Shown here one piece after another: positions 1-13,480 of a DNA stretch of 64,000 nt. This DNA comes from Chlorokybus atmophyticus (lineage: Eukaryota > Plantae > Mesostigma and Chlorokybus algae): the NCBI GenBank assembly GCA_009103225.1, contig RHPI01000260.1, forward strand, positions 131,156 through 195,155. Reading direction: 5' to 3'. Every line of letters starts with the position of its first letter. Position 1 is the stretch's first letter. The notes beneath the pieces are model-generated. The model saw nothing but the letters and a program-made list of their open reading frames with translations. It made no database searches and was not told where the DNA came from. The position numbers were made by a program, and so were the translations under genes.

Positions 1-21
1 TGATAAAACGTGCTATGTACC

Positions 22-1325
22 TGTCGCTGATGCAATGAAGGATGGCGTCAACTAGGCTCGGATGCATGTTGATTTGGGCTACAATGTCCCTTAGAGGAGC
101 CTCCGGTAAGCCTTTTTTCTTCTCGCTCATTGTCAGCGGCTTGACTTCAGCTGTCATAAGGTGGTGCTGACAATGCAACAGTAAATTTGTGCTGCAAGCT
201 TGGCGCACTGCAGCAGCATTGCCGTTGAGGGCTTATGGGGCAGGTACTCACCTTGAGGGCTTCACCAGCTTGCAATGTCAATGCCAACGTAACCAGATTT
301 TCTCCTGCGCACACAAGGCCACTGCTGGCAATGTCCAACACGTGGCTACAGCCACGAACGCCCGCAAAGTCCAACTCCTGGACAGCAAAGCAAGCAAAAG
401 CCAATTAGCCTCTCCTGTCATAGCACGCTAATGTTGTTCAAGATGATGCTTCCTGATAACGCATGGTTACAGTACAAGTTATAGCAGATATGCATGACAC
501 CTGCAAGTGAGCGTGCTCGGTTTCCGCCAGCAAGCGCTCGCTTTGCCGCCTGCTTGATCCGACCTTCAACCCGCCCTGAAGAGCCGTCTGCTTGCCGGCA
601 GGTGTTGAACAGAATGCTGCCACCTGAGACCAATGTGCCATTGGCAACATGACTACATCACACGCATACAGTGCAACTATGTGCAAGCTCAATCAAACCT
701 GTGCGCACACGGCCGGCCATTCTAACAGCTTCAGTGTCTCCGACTGAATGTTCACAGCGTGAGAAACACCTTCCTCAGGTGTTTCTGGGAGTTCTAATCG
801 TAGTTGAGACTTGTTGCTGGAAACAGCAGCTTCAGGCAAGGACGCGCTGAGGGCGGCCTTTGCAACCCCTTTCCCTGGCAGCATCCCAACAAGTACACGA
901 CCATTGGCAACCACAATACACAGAACACAGTCCAACACAACTGCAAGTAGCTAGTTCCCAAGCATGCTGCTGGCCATGTTGGTTCCTGCATATTGTTCAC
1001 TGTGCAGCAAGGGGAGCCACGCTGCTTCCCTACTGTGCAAGCTACACGTCGAAGGAAAAAGAATTACACGTTGCTGTGCAGACCAGACATGAATTGTTGA
1101 CTTACCAGTAGCTGCAACGCTTTTTTGCTGCGCTGCTGTGCTGCGCTTCAGCTTGGACAAGTTGTGCTGCTTCACTGGTTGTGGACTAGGCTCAGAGAGC
1201 AACGTGCAGCGTCGAGAACTGGGCGGAGGCAACATGCATGAGGTCATTTGCACTGGAACTGCGCGCAAGGGCCGCGAAACCGACCACGCCATTGTGGTTG
1301 CGGCCGCCGCCGCCGCCACCGCCAT
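22..1325 (-). CDS. MutS2: MutS2 family protein (plastid-type), 5' part; continues beyond window start. Exons approx 1325-1106, 940-699, 623-501, 377-252, ~145-22
   Basis: Spliced peptides SETLKLLEWPAVCAQV / AAFCSTPAGKQTALQGGLKVGSSRRQSERLLAET / ELDFAGVRGCSHVLDIASSG resemble the plant MutS2 N-terminus (ETLxxLEW..FASTxxG...SxxLLxET). Ala/Ser/Arg-rich transit-peptide-like leader from ATG 1325. GT-AG sites keep frame across exons 1-4; acceptor of the last visible exon is ambiguous. Confidence 0.85.
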
Positions 1326-1775
1326 GCTGGCACACAGGCTGCCACGTGGAGCGCTCCAAGCTGGGACTTGTCGATCGCGGTCAACCAGGCGAGACAGAAC
1401 CGGGTCGTTCAGATCAAGTTTCATGAGTTTGAAACGCGGTGACGCGGGCGTTGGCGTTGCCGCAACCGTTGCAGCGTTGTTGCCACGGGGCAGCCCGGCT
1501 GAGTGTTTGCAACAACTCAGTTCAAACCCTAAACGGCCACACGGCTTCGGCACGTCGTGGGTGTCGCCGCCGTTGCTGGCCTCAGCGCTGGCGGCGTGGC
1601 TGAAGGTGGGGATGCCGCAGGGGTGATGCTATGTGGACACATACCACTTGAGAGGTGCGCGTCCGTGATGAGGCGCCGTCGCTGCGGTGGTCGCCGGTCC
1701 GCCTGGACCCAAGCTGTTGTGAAGCTGCTGCTGTAAGGTCGCGTTGGTAGCTTGAGGGCCTTAGCTGGTGCTAGC

Positions 1776-4700
1776 ATGGCGTATTATGCAGCCAAGACGA
1801 GGCCTGGTAGTCCGCTGAGGTGAGTATATGTATTCGGGTTTGCGACCTATAGGCATACTCTGTGTTGCTGAAATGCACACGTTCGTTGAGCGCGAAAGTG
1901 GCCTACTGGTTACATACACGAAAAGCACGGTTTTGCACGGTAGCGCCAATGTCGTTCGCACAAGGTTTTCTTAGCGTCTGAGTTACATGTTGATAGACTT
2001 GAACCCACTGTGCCCAAGCTATTGTTTGTTCAGGACAACTTTGTATAATCAACTATCGCAATGCTGAAAAAGTGCGTTGGTCGTTAAATGCAAGAGTGTG
2101 TATTGTTGGGAGATCGTAATGCTTTGTAGCACCATGAACGTTGTGTCTTTGTAGGCATGGCCACAGCGCCTCAGATGGTCCCAGCCTGTCCGCCAAAGGC
2201 AACCACAGCTTCGATTCTGCTGTGCTGGACTCACCGTACACTGCAACATATACGCCAGGTTGTTGTTTGTTCTGGCATTGTGACTGTGCATCCGTAACAT
2301 GCAATGCAATTGCTGATTGCGGCATGCTGGTATTGGCGCTTTGCAGACCTTGCAGCAGCGATAGATACGCACATCCCGAGTAAGTCTGCAGCTACTCATC
2401 GCACTGTTCCAGCTTGGCAATCCAGCTCGCCTTATTTCAGCGAACATGATGACCATCTTGTGGAGCGCTTCAAGGCACTCGCTCATGCCAGGGAGCACGC
2501 TCAGGCTGTCAGTCATCAAGCCCAAAAAGTAAGCATCATGCACCGTCCATACCCCTGGTCGACAGAAACACGGTTGGAAACTCTTACTACATTATGTATA
2601 TATCATTTGCCCATCAATCAATTGATCTGGTTTTTGCCTTCAATCACTAATTGGGCACACTGCGCTGTCTGTGATTGACATTGCCTGTTGGCAGTCTGTT
2701 GATAGCAGAATGGTGGAGGGTCTCCGGCAGCTGGCCAAGATACGGGAACGACAGCTGGCGGGTTTGAGCCATGGTGGACCCTACACATCAAGCACCAGCT
2801 TGCCAGGGCTAGACTGGCCAAGCACGTCTCTGCTACAGCGCACAGTCCAAGAGGAAAATCCGTACTCGAACTCGACAGCATCTACCATGCCATATGCCAG
2901 CTGGTCAAGCCGTGCAAGCGCAGATGTCCCACCCCACGTGAAGGCAATCAGTTATACTTCACAGCAAACAAGCAAGAAACCTGCAGTTTCCGTTCCAAGT
3001 TCTGCATCCAGCCACACAGTGTCAGGGCCAGGATCCAGGCCATCTTCCGCAGGCAACAGCAAGCAGAGCGTGTCAGGACTTGCAGAAAGGCGGAATACGG
3101 ACGCAGTCAAGCGGCAGGATGCATTGCTTGAGCGCCAGGATTCTCAGATACACCGACTGCAGGAACAACTTGAGCAACTGCATGCGCTGCATGAAGACCT
3201 GCGGGTTAGTAACAAGGAGGACCCTGAGAACCAGCTTGTGTCACGCATGCAACGCATTCATGCTTTGGTCTGCGACATAAAGACAAGACGGCATTGTCTT
3301 GCCTGACTTTTTGTGCTGGGCGGTGTCTCTATCTAGCACTGACACGCACTACTACTATAACTCGTGCTACAGGTCAAGGTGTCAGCTTCGCATTCCACTT
3401 CAGCAAGCACAGCAATGCCACAGGTGTGCCTTTAGATACGGAGCATTGCAGAGCAATTAGCTGACACATGTAGTCAGGCTTGTTGTAATTGCTGACTGGT
3501 GACCTTACTTACAGAAAGTGTCTGCAAGTAGCGATGAAGCAAGCGACATGGCTCGCAGTCACATGCGTCAAGAACTGGCCCAGGCAAAACTTCTGTTAGC
3601 TTCTGATGGTGAATTCCATGGACACCAGCAAAGCCCAAAGCGAAGCCTGCCGCGGCAGCAGAAGTCTGAAGTCGACCAGCTTCATCAGCAAGTGGCAGAG
3701 CTACAGGCACGCATGGCAGTTGTGGAAGCCCAGCGAGACCAGGTACTGTGTTGCAATGCTCAACAACTTCAGGCCGGCTCAGCCAAGATTGCACACTCAA
3801 TACAACTCAAATTGTTGGTACATTGCAGCAAGCGCAAGGGCAGCGACAGTTACAAAGCGTGTTAGATAGCAAGGAAGACTTGTTGCGCGATCTGCAAGTA
3901 CAGATGCAGGTGATTCTACAGTTATGCCTTGCCAGTGTTGCTTGCTACTATGTATGCAAATTACGTCTCATGTCAGCATTGAACCGTTGTGGTGTGTATG
4001 GCATTTGTGTTGTACTTGCAAGCTGACTTGCGCACACCGCTACAATGTTGCAGCAACACGAGTCGACTGCGACGGAGCTGCGCTCTGAGTTGTCTCAAAG
4101 AGCCATGCAAGAAGACCCTGCGCCGTTGCGTTCGCAGTTGTTGAGCATGCAACAGGAAATGGTCAAGGTGCCAGTGTATACTCGATCAGTGGCTTTCCGC
4201 TTGCTGACATAGGTGCCTTGCAAGTGCTGATGGCGTTGCTGGCCAGGTTGAAGCGTACTACGAAGAGCTGATTGAGGAAATGGAGTCGCTGCGCCGAGAG
4301 CTGGTCCACAAGAGCATGAGGCTAGCAGAGCTAGAAGAGGAAGTCAGTGAAAGGTCTGGCGAGGCAGACCGGCTACGGCAACAACAGCGCGTCACTGAGG
4401 AGCAGCGTGCAGCCTTGCAGGCATGTGTTTCAAGATCTGCAGAGTCACTGCGCTGTGGTCGTGGAAGTTGTGTCAAATCTTGATTGAGCCAACTTTTGCA
4501 AAATTCAAAGTTAGTGAAAACCTGCTCAAGTCAAATGTTGTGCGAGACAACAAGCCCGATGACATGCGTTTCGGTTGATATCTTGTTCTGCAAATTGGAT
4601 GGTGCGTTGAAGTGTTAACTAAAATGACAGGCCGAGAAGGAGGTGCAACGCCGCGAAAGCGATTGGCAGGAAGGTGAGCTTCAAAGACGCTCTGAGCAGT

Positions 4701-6377
4701 TACGCGATGCAGATCAAGCACTGGAGTTGTCACATAACGAACAACTGAGGTTGCGGCAACAGTTGCAGGTGAGTTATGACTCTTGAGTAACTGCAATGTA
4801 TAGCAAACCGCCTGTTGCTGCAGCTCCTCATCCGCCCTGCCTTGCAACCATGCATTTTGCTCGTGCTTATGCTCAATGCTATGAACAACACTAACAATCA
4901 CTTACAAATAAGCGCGGCTGAGGTTTCAATGCAAACACACAGTTGACTTCTGCAGAGTTGCAATAAGCGGATTGCTGAGTCGGAGGGCTGCATAGCAACT
5001 GCTGCTAAGCATGCAGAGCCTTGTCAGCTAAGCACATCAGTGGAGGCAGAATTGCAGCTAAAACAAGCCATGCTGCAAAATCAGAACTCAGAGATTGAGC
5101 ATCTACGAGCAAAGGTGATGCTGCTCGACTCGCAGCTGGAGGCTGCTGAGGAGTACAAACCACAGGTGGCCCAGGCTGTTGTGCTTATTGTGGCGGGTCT
5201 AGGTCATAACTGCATCGCTGTGACGCCACCCCAAGAATGGCCTGGTTTGCAAGCTTTGCTTGTGCAATTACTATTTTCATGTGCCTTGGTGGCAGCGGCA
5301 GACTTTCCACTATTCTGTTGAGCAAAGGACGGGAATGTTTGTTTGTCTCGATCGCACATGGTTATTGCACAGTGGGTCAGACTTCATGACCGCTTGTTTT
5401 GGTATCATTGCAGCTCAAAGCGCTTGAAGAGAAGCTGAAAGAGGCTGCCAAGTATGCAGCTGGTTTGGAAGAGACAGTTGTTTCAATGGAGAACAAGGCA
5501 GATGATACCATTGAGCTTCAAGAGAACCTTGAAGATGCGTCCGCGACCGTCGAAAGGCTATCTGCACAGGTGTCTGAGCTGCACAATGCTCTAGGTCAAC
5601 GTGATGCGCAGCTGATGGATGTCAAGGAACAATTTGCCGATGACACCTTGAAAGAGCTGCAGCTAGAGCATGAGCTGCTGCAGTCCAGGTCAGCACGTCA
5701 TGTAGCATAGCCATGTTTGCCAGCATATGTCTGCGTGTGCTTTGGCATGCATGCCAGCATATCGCTGCTATTGTCACTGAATATGTTGGGGCAAAACAGG
5801 CTTAAAGCTGCACTAATGGATGCTGAAAAGGGGGACATCGTAGTTAGAACTGCAGAGGCCAAGATGGAGGCCTGTGCTACTGAACTGCATGCTCTATCGC
5901 AGGTGACTGTGCAATGTTAAAATGATGCACATCCCTATGTACATACGGAATCTAAACTCCTTTATAGATCAAGCAGTTCTTGTCTGAACCCTTGGTATGT
6001 ACACTCACAACTATATCTGGCAGGCGGTCGGGGCTTTACTCAAAGGAGAAGAGGTGAATCTGACTGCCCTAACTGAGGCCAGCGTGATGCACGACATTGT
6101 CAACTCCCCATCGTTCCCGGGGGTTGGGAAAACAGCGAGCATGCTGCGCCTGAGTGCATCAGAGTCGCCTTCAAGTTGGTTGCTGAAGGCTCGCAGCATT
6201 GGCTCACCTCTGTCTGTGCCCAACAGTGTTCCAAAGAGTCCTGCTTTGCTTGGGTCGATGCCGAGATTCGGCATAATGTGTGCCACTGACAAAGTGGGTG
6301 CTGAGGTACATGCTCTGAGAGAGTTGTTGGTGCAGCAGGTGGCTGACTCTGTAGGGCAGAACTGCCACATACAGTGA
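1776..6377 (+). CDS. Multi-exon coiled-coil protein with CEP85/CEP85L-like C-terminus (putative centriolar protein); start codon inferred
   Basis: ATG 1776 followed by donor GTGAGT at 1820; many GT-AG exons encoding heptad-rich coiled coil; terminal exons give KMEACATELHALSQAVGALLKGEEVNLTAL...EVHALRELLVQQVADSVGQNCHIQ*, resembling the CEP85 end (..LRxxxSDRYAxxMGENCxTQ*). Confidence 0.65.
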
Positions 6378-6944
6378 TAATAACCCAATAACCTACTGCG
6401 AGGCTGCTGTACAATTGTTTGCCTTCCAGGCAGGCCCTTCGCGGCACAGTGCTGGACATCGGTGCACAATGGCAACTTGCAGCCAACTATGGAATCTCGA
6501 TACAGCTTGCTTGCACACTTCCGGTTCTGCACAATAGAGCCATTAGAGTCATTAGAGGCCAAAACTTTTGGAAAATACCAGCTCTCCAGCAAGACGCATA
6601 AGAGGCGTGTGCGTTTATGAGGACTATCCGGTGCCCGGGCACGACACCCAGAATGTATGCTCGTTATCACCGTTCAAAGCAACCCCAAAGCACCTTCAAC
6701 GTTCCTGTACAGTTGCACTAGCAGAGCATCGCAGCAAGACCTATGTTGTTGATATTATAAAGTGACAATGGCCATTGTAATACATGGTGGGATCAGCAAT
6801 GTCTGGCATGTAAGTGGTGAGAGCGGTTATGCAGGCAGATCAGCAATGCTTGCACCCTTGGCAACAGTTGTGACGGAGAAAAGTGTGGCATAGCATACGA
6901 CACAAACAAGTCAGGTCGTGGACACATTGGAATGCAACGCCCTG

Positions 6945-9900
6945 TCAGATCTGCTGCGCTTCATCTTCTAACAGAATTTCATAGACATCGGTACGCAAGC
7001 GCAACTCCTTGTCCTTCATGATGTCCATAAGCTCCGACAGTTCCTTAGCTGAGAGCACCCCCGCAAGCCTTCTAAAACCATCCAGCCATAGCTCCTTAGA
7101 CCTGCAAACAATACATAGTGCTCGGCAGTCAGAACATCCTGTGCATGCAACCGCAGAAAGTAAGGAGCGCAGTGAGTGGGAAAACTTGCTCCTTACCAAG
7201 GGCATATGTGTATTGCACGGAAAAAGGCCCGGCGGGCAGCATCATTTCGTCCCAGGCTCTGGAGGAAAGCGATGTACGCCCTCCACAAAACTACCGAACA
7301 ACGCATAGACGGGTGCTCCACCAAGCGCTCAAACAGTGTGACAATCCTGGTAAGACAGACCAGACATGATCTCAGTGATGTGTAAAGTTGGTAATATGCA
7401 GCCACACAGATAGGCTGCTGTCAGTGACAGGTCTTTAAAGGCATCGTCACCTGTGAACGGTACCCGGACGGGACACTTCCGACTCGACAGCGAATAAAGC
7501 AGTGACAGGAGAAGGATGCTTTTCCAACAGCTTATCAAAGTATCTTCGCAGCCGATTTGAAAGGGCAGCATGCGCCTCGCACTTGATCATGTCGAGTAAT
7601 AACACTGGATTCTGTGGGTAAACTGCCAATGCTTGTTGGACGACCCGCCTTGCTGACGATGGCTTCATGCGCAACAGCTTGGTGCGGGCATCGATACCCA
7701 TCACGTGCATGCCCGCGAGGTATGCTGCGAGCTCCTCAAACTCGGGCAACATTCGCTGTTTTGCGGGCAGAACAAAGGCCAAAACTTCCTCCATGACAGA
7801 TTGTGCAGCAACAACACCTGATCACAGACCGCTAGTTAGGGGTCAAGGGCAACAGGCCATGGTCCTACAAAGCTGCAGAGACGAATCATGCCTTCAGTTA
7901 GAAGCTCAAGAAGTGCAAAACATAGTGCAGTATCCACCACCAGGCGAGGGTGCTCTGCTGCAGACTTCCGCAGACTCTGTAACATATTCCTACCATTGCA
8001 TCACGACATGCTGATTAGGGAAGCATACTTGAGTAAACATCCAACGGCTAGCATATGCTTGCCCATGCAGGCAGATTAAGTTGATTGTGCCAGGAAGCTA
8101 AAAGCCTCCATCGCACACACCTGTATCCTTTGCGAGCCTTTAGCAGGCGTGTTGGTGGAACCATGAAACTGTTGTCATATGGCTTGTAAGCAATGCCTTC
8201 CCCATATGAAGCTAACACATGCAATGCACGCTGCCTTTGCTCGTTGCTGAGCTCCAGAGCGCTGCCTTGGCGCCGAGGCAGCTCAAGCCCAGCCTCCATT
8301 TCTGCAAACGCCCGGACCATGACGGGTGCGACATCAGCACTACTCTTTGGCAATGCAGGCAGCGAGGCTAGTGCTGTTTCATACACGCGCCTGTCCCCCA
8401 CGAGTACGTTGGGTAAGATTTAAAAACAGCATTAACGTTGTAAAGGGTATGCTGCCTAAGAGACACTCCTGATGCAGTCTGCGATAGTGCGATGAGCAGC
8501 AACACAACACACCTTGCGGCAATCAGGCTGCCGGCAGCACTTTCCAGACCAGCATAAAGCGTCCATAGCTCGATGCTATGTCTCTGTTGCTTGAGTCGAC
8601 TCTTGGCCAACTTCGCAGCTGAACCTTTGTCGGTGGAACCAAGCAAGGCCTCAGAGAAGCGGCCCTCTGCAGGGAACGCCTTGGATGCTAGCAAGGCTAA
8701 GTTATGCGTGAACTGTCGCCGCCCTGCTTCCTGATCCAACCACAGACTACTTCCCACCAGTGCAGGTAAACCAGCATCATCTGAATGACACTGCCTGTAA
8801 CAGTTCAATCAGGACTCCAAACAGCAGCACGCAGACAAAACGCGATGAGTATACCTTAGCAGACCGGTGAGGTCTGCGCCAATGCTATCCATGGCATTGC
8901 GGTACGCAGCTCCATAATCATGATTGGAGCTAAACCACTGCTGCATTGGTGCATCGCAGAAGTGCAGGAAACGAAGAAGCAGCTCCTTGCGCACAGACTC
9001 TGTCTGCCAAAGCAGCTGTTGTGAGCAGGGCTGGTTTATGCTTACAATGTTGGGTGCAACAATACGGACACAGGTGTACTCACATCACCTCAACAGAGAA
9101 CAAGAAGTCCTGAAGGTCGTCAAAGAGCACGGTGCGCTCAAGAGCGTCCTCGCCAGCACCTCGTATGGGCTGCCACTGAGACTTTGACCGCGACGACTCC
9201 TCTGTAAGTGCATGAAGCGCGTCAAGCTGCGTGTGTGACAAGTGTAGCGGGTGTGTGCATGACCTGTACCAGCCTTGCCACAAGCCTAATAAACGTGCCT
9301 GCGGCCCAGCGCTTCAATACGTCGACATTGACCATCTTTGCTATCTCTTCATCCGTCGTACCAACTGTCATGCCAAGCCTTTCCATCAGAGCCTCCTCAT
9401 CCTCCACCTGCTTGCCACAAACAAAGTTGGCCTTCAGACCAAGCCACAGATGTACTGTCAACATAGTCATTGAAACCAACCTTGTCGCCGTCATCATTGT
9501 CGTCATCATCATCAGCTGCAACGTCAGCCTCAAGGTCAGAACCAACAGCCTGTGCAGGGGCAACGAGTTCGACTTCCTGCCAGCCGCTCCAGCCGTTGTC
9601 CTCCTCAATGAGCTCTGCCGCCTGATTGCCGTGCGCGAGCTGCTGCTCTTGCTGTTCAAGCCACAAAGCCCAGCCCTGAGCGCTCTGATCACCGCAGCGT
9701 GGAGCCTCGCTGTCCCAAAACTCTTGGAACAGCTTCAGCTTATTGACTTCAGCAGTTGTTATCTGCGGTGCAAACACGTTGTACTCTATAAGCGCTTGGA
9801 ACCTGGCAATGGCAACCTCTGAGTGACCACTTTGCCATTCGAAGCGACAGGAATCACATATGACGTCGAGCAGAGCCGTCTCAGCTTCAGCGATAGACGA

Positions 9901-12184
9901 CAAAAAGCTGGTCCTGTTAGGCTGCTTGGCCCCTGCTCGCAGCCTGTTCCTCTCCAACACGAATGCCGCCGCTGCATTTGCGTGTATCTGCCGCATGGAT
10001 GCGACAGAAAACTTAGAGAACTGGCAGCGGCGAAAGGCAATGTACGCGAACCACAACTTGACGGAGCTGGGATGACGAGACAACGCCCTCTCCCACTTCT
10101 TTACAGCAACGTCAAACTCGTCAGCCTGCGAGCAGGTCTCCAAGTATGCCAGGATGAGGGCTTCGCTGTCAGGATGGTGTTGCAGCGCCCGCTCGTATAT
10201 CGCCATCTTCTTGTCAAGATGCTGCAGGGCAACCTTGCGCCTGCTAAGCCGAATGAGCTCATCCTGGAATGCTGCAAAGTCCAGCCACAGCTGCACGTCG
10301 CCGGGACGCTCTCGTGTAAGCTGGTTCAGCTCTTTCGTACGCCGCAACAGATGGTCCTCAAAGCTTTCTCCTTCTTCTTCAGCGCGTTCTTCAACCAACC
10401 CGGGCACCACAGGCACGAACTCTCCAAGGCTGCCGGGCATGCGCTTGGGAGCGGATGCGCGTGCATGTACGCGCTTCAATCGGCGATCGCGTTCACGACC
10501 AACATGCTTGGAAGAAAAATAGCGGAGCTCGGCCTTCTCAGGGGCCCTTTCACCATCAACCTCCTTTGTGTGGTTTGCATGACTACCCCTTCCATGTCCT
10601 GAGAAGCATGCCTTCATGTCAACCGTGCAGTCCACTGAGCATTATAGGTGATTGACTGGCAATTGCTCAGTTGGGCATCATCCAAAGCATCATGGCACAA
10701 ATGCTTACCTGTGGCAACAGCGCGTTGGAATTGAGCAACATCAAGCCTATACAGTTTGCCGAAGACAAGGTTGTCCTTGTCCCCGTGCGTGTCAAAGAAG
10801 TAGTCCTGCTTGGCATCGCTCACAGCATAACTCCATTCCACGGTTTTCCTGCGCTCGCCCATGCCAGGGACAGCACCAGCGGAAGGTGCAAAGTTCATGC
10901 GACGCAGCTTCTGCCTCTCCAACTCCTTCTCCTGCTTCTTCTTCTCGCGCTTTTTCCTCTTCTTCTCCTTGCGATGAGCCTTCTCTTCCTCCTCTGAGCC
11001 AGAGCTGGTAGCTGCTTTGGGTTCGGCAAAAAAGTCTGCTGCACGCGGCCTTGACTGATGAACTGGCTCTACTGCTTTGTGATCTTCCTGTTCTTGAGAC
11101 GGACTCGCTTCGGGCATGCTTGTGTCTTCATGGCGGCCTGTTTGGCAATCTTCCGGTGCAACGCTCTGCTTTTCCGCCTCAAACAGAGCGCCCAACCTGA
11201 AGCTCGAGTTCGCAAGCCAGTCTGATGCCACGTNNNNNNNNNNNNNNNNNNNNNNNNNNNNNNNNNNNNNNNNNNNNNNNNNNNNNNNNNNNNNNNNNNN
11301 NNNNNNNNNNNNNNNNNNNNNNNNNNNNNNNNNNNNNNNNNNNNNNNNNNNNNNNNNNNNNNNNNNNNNNNNNNNNNNNNNNNNNNNNNNNNNNNNNNNN
11401 NNNNNNNNNNNNNNNNNNNNNNNNNNNNNNNNNNNNNNNNNNNNNNNNNNNNNNNNNNNNNNNNNNNNNNNNNNNNNNNNNNNNNNNNNNNNNNNNNNNN
11501 NNNNNNNNNNNNNNNNNNGGGGGGGTAAAATGGAGAGGGGTTTCTGTGTGCATGAGAGTCACAGCCTGTGTAACCCGTGTGTGCACTTAACTTCACAACA
11601 GCGCTACCATGATGAGTAGCACCAGTCAGAGCATATGCTGAAAACGTTGCCTACCATACCGAAATAACGCACAAGCTCGGAACTTGACACTGTTAACTGA
11701 TTTGCAACACAACGTCACTCGCAGCAGCTGCTCACTAGTGATAGATAGCAACATGCACACGAACAGCGCTTTGCTGTATGCCATGCAATCTTTGCAGGAA
11801 GAGCTTGCGTACTAGGTATAGGAGTGATGTGGAACTTGTGTTTTCATGTCTACATGCACGCAATTGACATAACACAGCACAGCAGAGCAGACTGCGCCTC
11901 AGGAATCACACCAAGCCTCAGGCAGAAGACAAGCATGCACTAGCACCACAAACAAGAGCGAAATTGTAAACAAGCAGTACGAGTCTCTCAAGCAACAGGA
12001 AATTCCATTTGGCGAGCTGCAGCCCACCAACCTTAGCCTGCACCGGAAATAGCCCGCCCTGAACGACCACAGGGAACAGCGAGCCGCCACGAGGCGGAAG
12101 CGCCGCCATACCAGCTCCTACCGCAGTAACAGCATGCGGCGACTGCCGCTCCTCACCCTCGCTGTCGCCGTCGCTGTCCTCCAT
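6945..12184 (-). CDS. NRDE2: NRDE2 (nuclear exosome regulator / nuclear RNAi defective-2) homolog, multi-exon, spans N gap 11234-11518
   Basis: N-terminal SLFPV and DWLANSSF motifs, YFFDTHGDKDNLVFGKLYRLDV, HAT/TPR-like helices (WLDFAAFQD, ALIEYNVFAP), C-terminal RAFFRAIHICPWSKELWLDG...ELRLRTDVYEILL. Exon 1 is 12184-12032. Confidence 0.92.
11234..11518. other. Assembly gap (N run)
   Basis: N bases. Other gaps at 27314-27538, 32272-32411 and 38846-39654; single N at 18684, ~57486 and ~58791. Most are flanked by G/C homopolymers. Confidence 1.
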
Positions 12185-12490
12185 CTCCCCGACCGCACCG
12201 CCGCCCACCCGATCGCCAACACCACCAACACCTGACCCTACGCACGTTACGCTACCTTGCACTGTATGCGGTAGAGTCATACACTGCAGCCGTAATTAAC
12301 GCATACAGCTTACGTACACCATTAAACTTACATTAGTAGCAGCAACAGGCTGATTGTCTTGGCGCAGACAGGCTTCTTCTTATGCTATATTAGTGTGGTA
12401 GGTGTGAGTTGCGGGTGGAGTTGTGTACGGTGATGGTGGTCATGGTCGCTGATGATAAGCACGCTTGTTGCAGCTAGTAGCAGTAGAGCC

Positions 12491-13317
12491 ATGCCGCAGG
12501 AGGTTGCCGTCGCTGCGACGGGTGAGAGCGCCGCTTTCGTGGCCGAGAGAGACCACTTGGTGAACGAGATACACGAGGTAAGGCGTTTTGGGCTGCTGGG
12601 GACACAGTCATGCGCATGGTCATTGATGTTTACTCTAATTGTAGCAATGACTCTGGCCGCAATCGGAACTGCATTGCTTTGCGTGGACGGACAATGCGTC
12701 CATTGTTTGTGGGCTGCGTGCATGAACAGTGCGTTTTTTCATGCATGCAGGCACAGTGCATCTTTCTCATGCACTTAGCGCACATACTCGTACACTGGCG
12801 TTCAGCATAAGCGCCCGCTAAGTAAGCTAAATCAGACGTTGTGCATGTGTCTTGCAGCGGAACAGGTCGCTTTGTGTCGATGGCTTGCTTGACAATAGCA
12901 TTCGCCTTGGAGACTGAGTCTCCGAGTTGCAGTGTGTGATTGAGGCATGACCTGAGTGAATACATACACACCACACTGGAGTCAACCGGCAGGTCAGGTG
13001 GTGTGTGGTTTCAAATGCCACTCAACAAGCAATAGCACATCACACATATGAACAACCAACAGCCTCTACACAAGCAATGTCGCGACAGAGTCAGTGTTGC
13101 CTACTGCGCATATGCACAAAGGGCATGCAAGAGCTTGTTGCGATGATGTGCTGAGCAGGGCTTGAGAGAGCTGGTGGCGGGCATGCGTGCGCTGCACGCT
13201 AGCCTCGAGGCGTTTGGGACATCAGGGACGGAGCTGCAGCAGCTGCAGGCGGTGTGGAGTGTGTTCTACGACTCTGTAGCGCAGCCCGTGTTGGGTCTGC
13301 ATGCAGGCAGGCATTGA
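12491..13317 (+). CDS. DAD1: DASH/Dam1 complex subunit Dad1-like, 81 aa, two exons (12491-12577, 13159-13317)
   Basis: Donor GTAAGG at 12578, acceptor CAG at 13158, phase 0. Protein MPQEVAVAATGESAAFVAERDHLVNEIHEGLRELVAGMRALHASLEAFGTSGTELQQLQAVWSVFYDSVAQPVLGLHAGRH matches the Dad1 pattern F..ER..L..EI...L......LN.SLE.....G.EF......W..FY. Confidence 0.75.
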
Positions 13318-13480
13318 TAGCGAGCAGGTGAACTTCTCCCGCAGCGTAATCAATCAATGTTGGCTCCTCAACAGCGGCAACATTGCAACGCTATTGTAGC
13401 TTGAAGTGGTGGCATGTTCTCATCTCCAAGCATTCAGACGGACAAGCAGCCGTATTGCATGCGACATGATGGAGTCATGT

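Noticed and set aside
1529-1777. Overlapping ATGs (CATG at 1775-1778) starting MutS2 and the plus-strand gene
   Set aside because: The minus ORF from 1777 is out of frame with MutS2 and would need a 16 nt intron that still leads to a stop; ATG 1325 gives a plausible transit peptide.
6568-6765. Extra terminal exon for the coiled-coil gene
   Set aside because: The preceding exon already ends in a stop at 6377 with a CEP85-like terminal motif; this short ORF is probably UTR.
9208-10602. Long plus-strand ORFs (9208-9822, 9823-10602)
   Set aside because: Antisense shadows of the large NRDE2 exon; the same applies to 60341-60937 and 60984-61607 opposite PTB.
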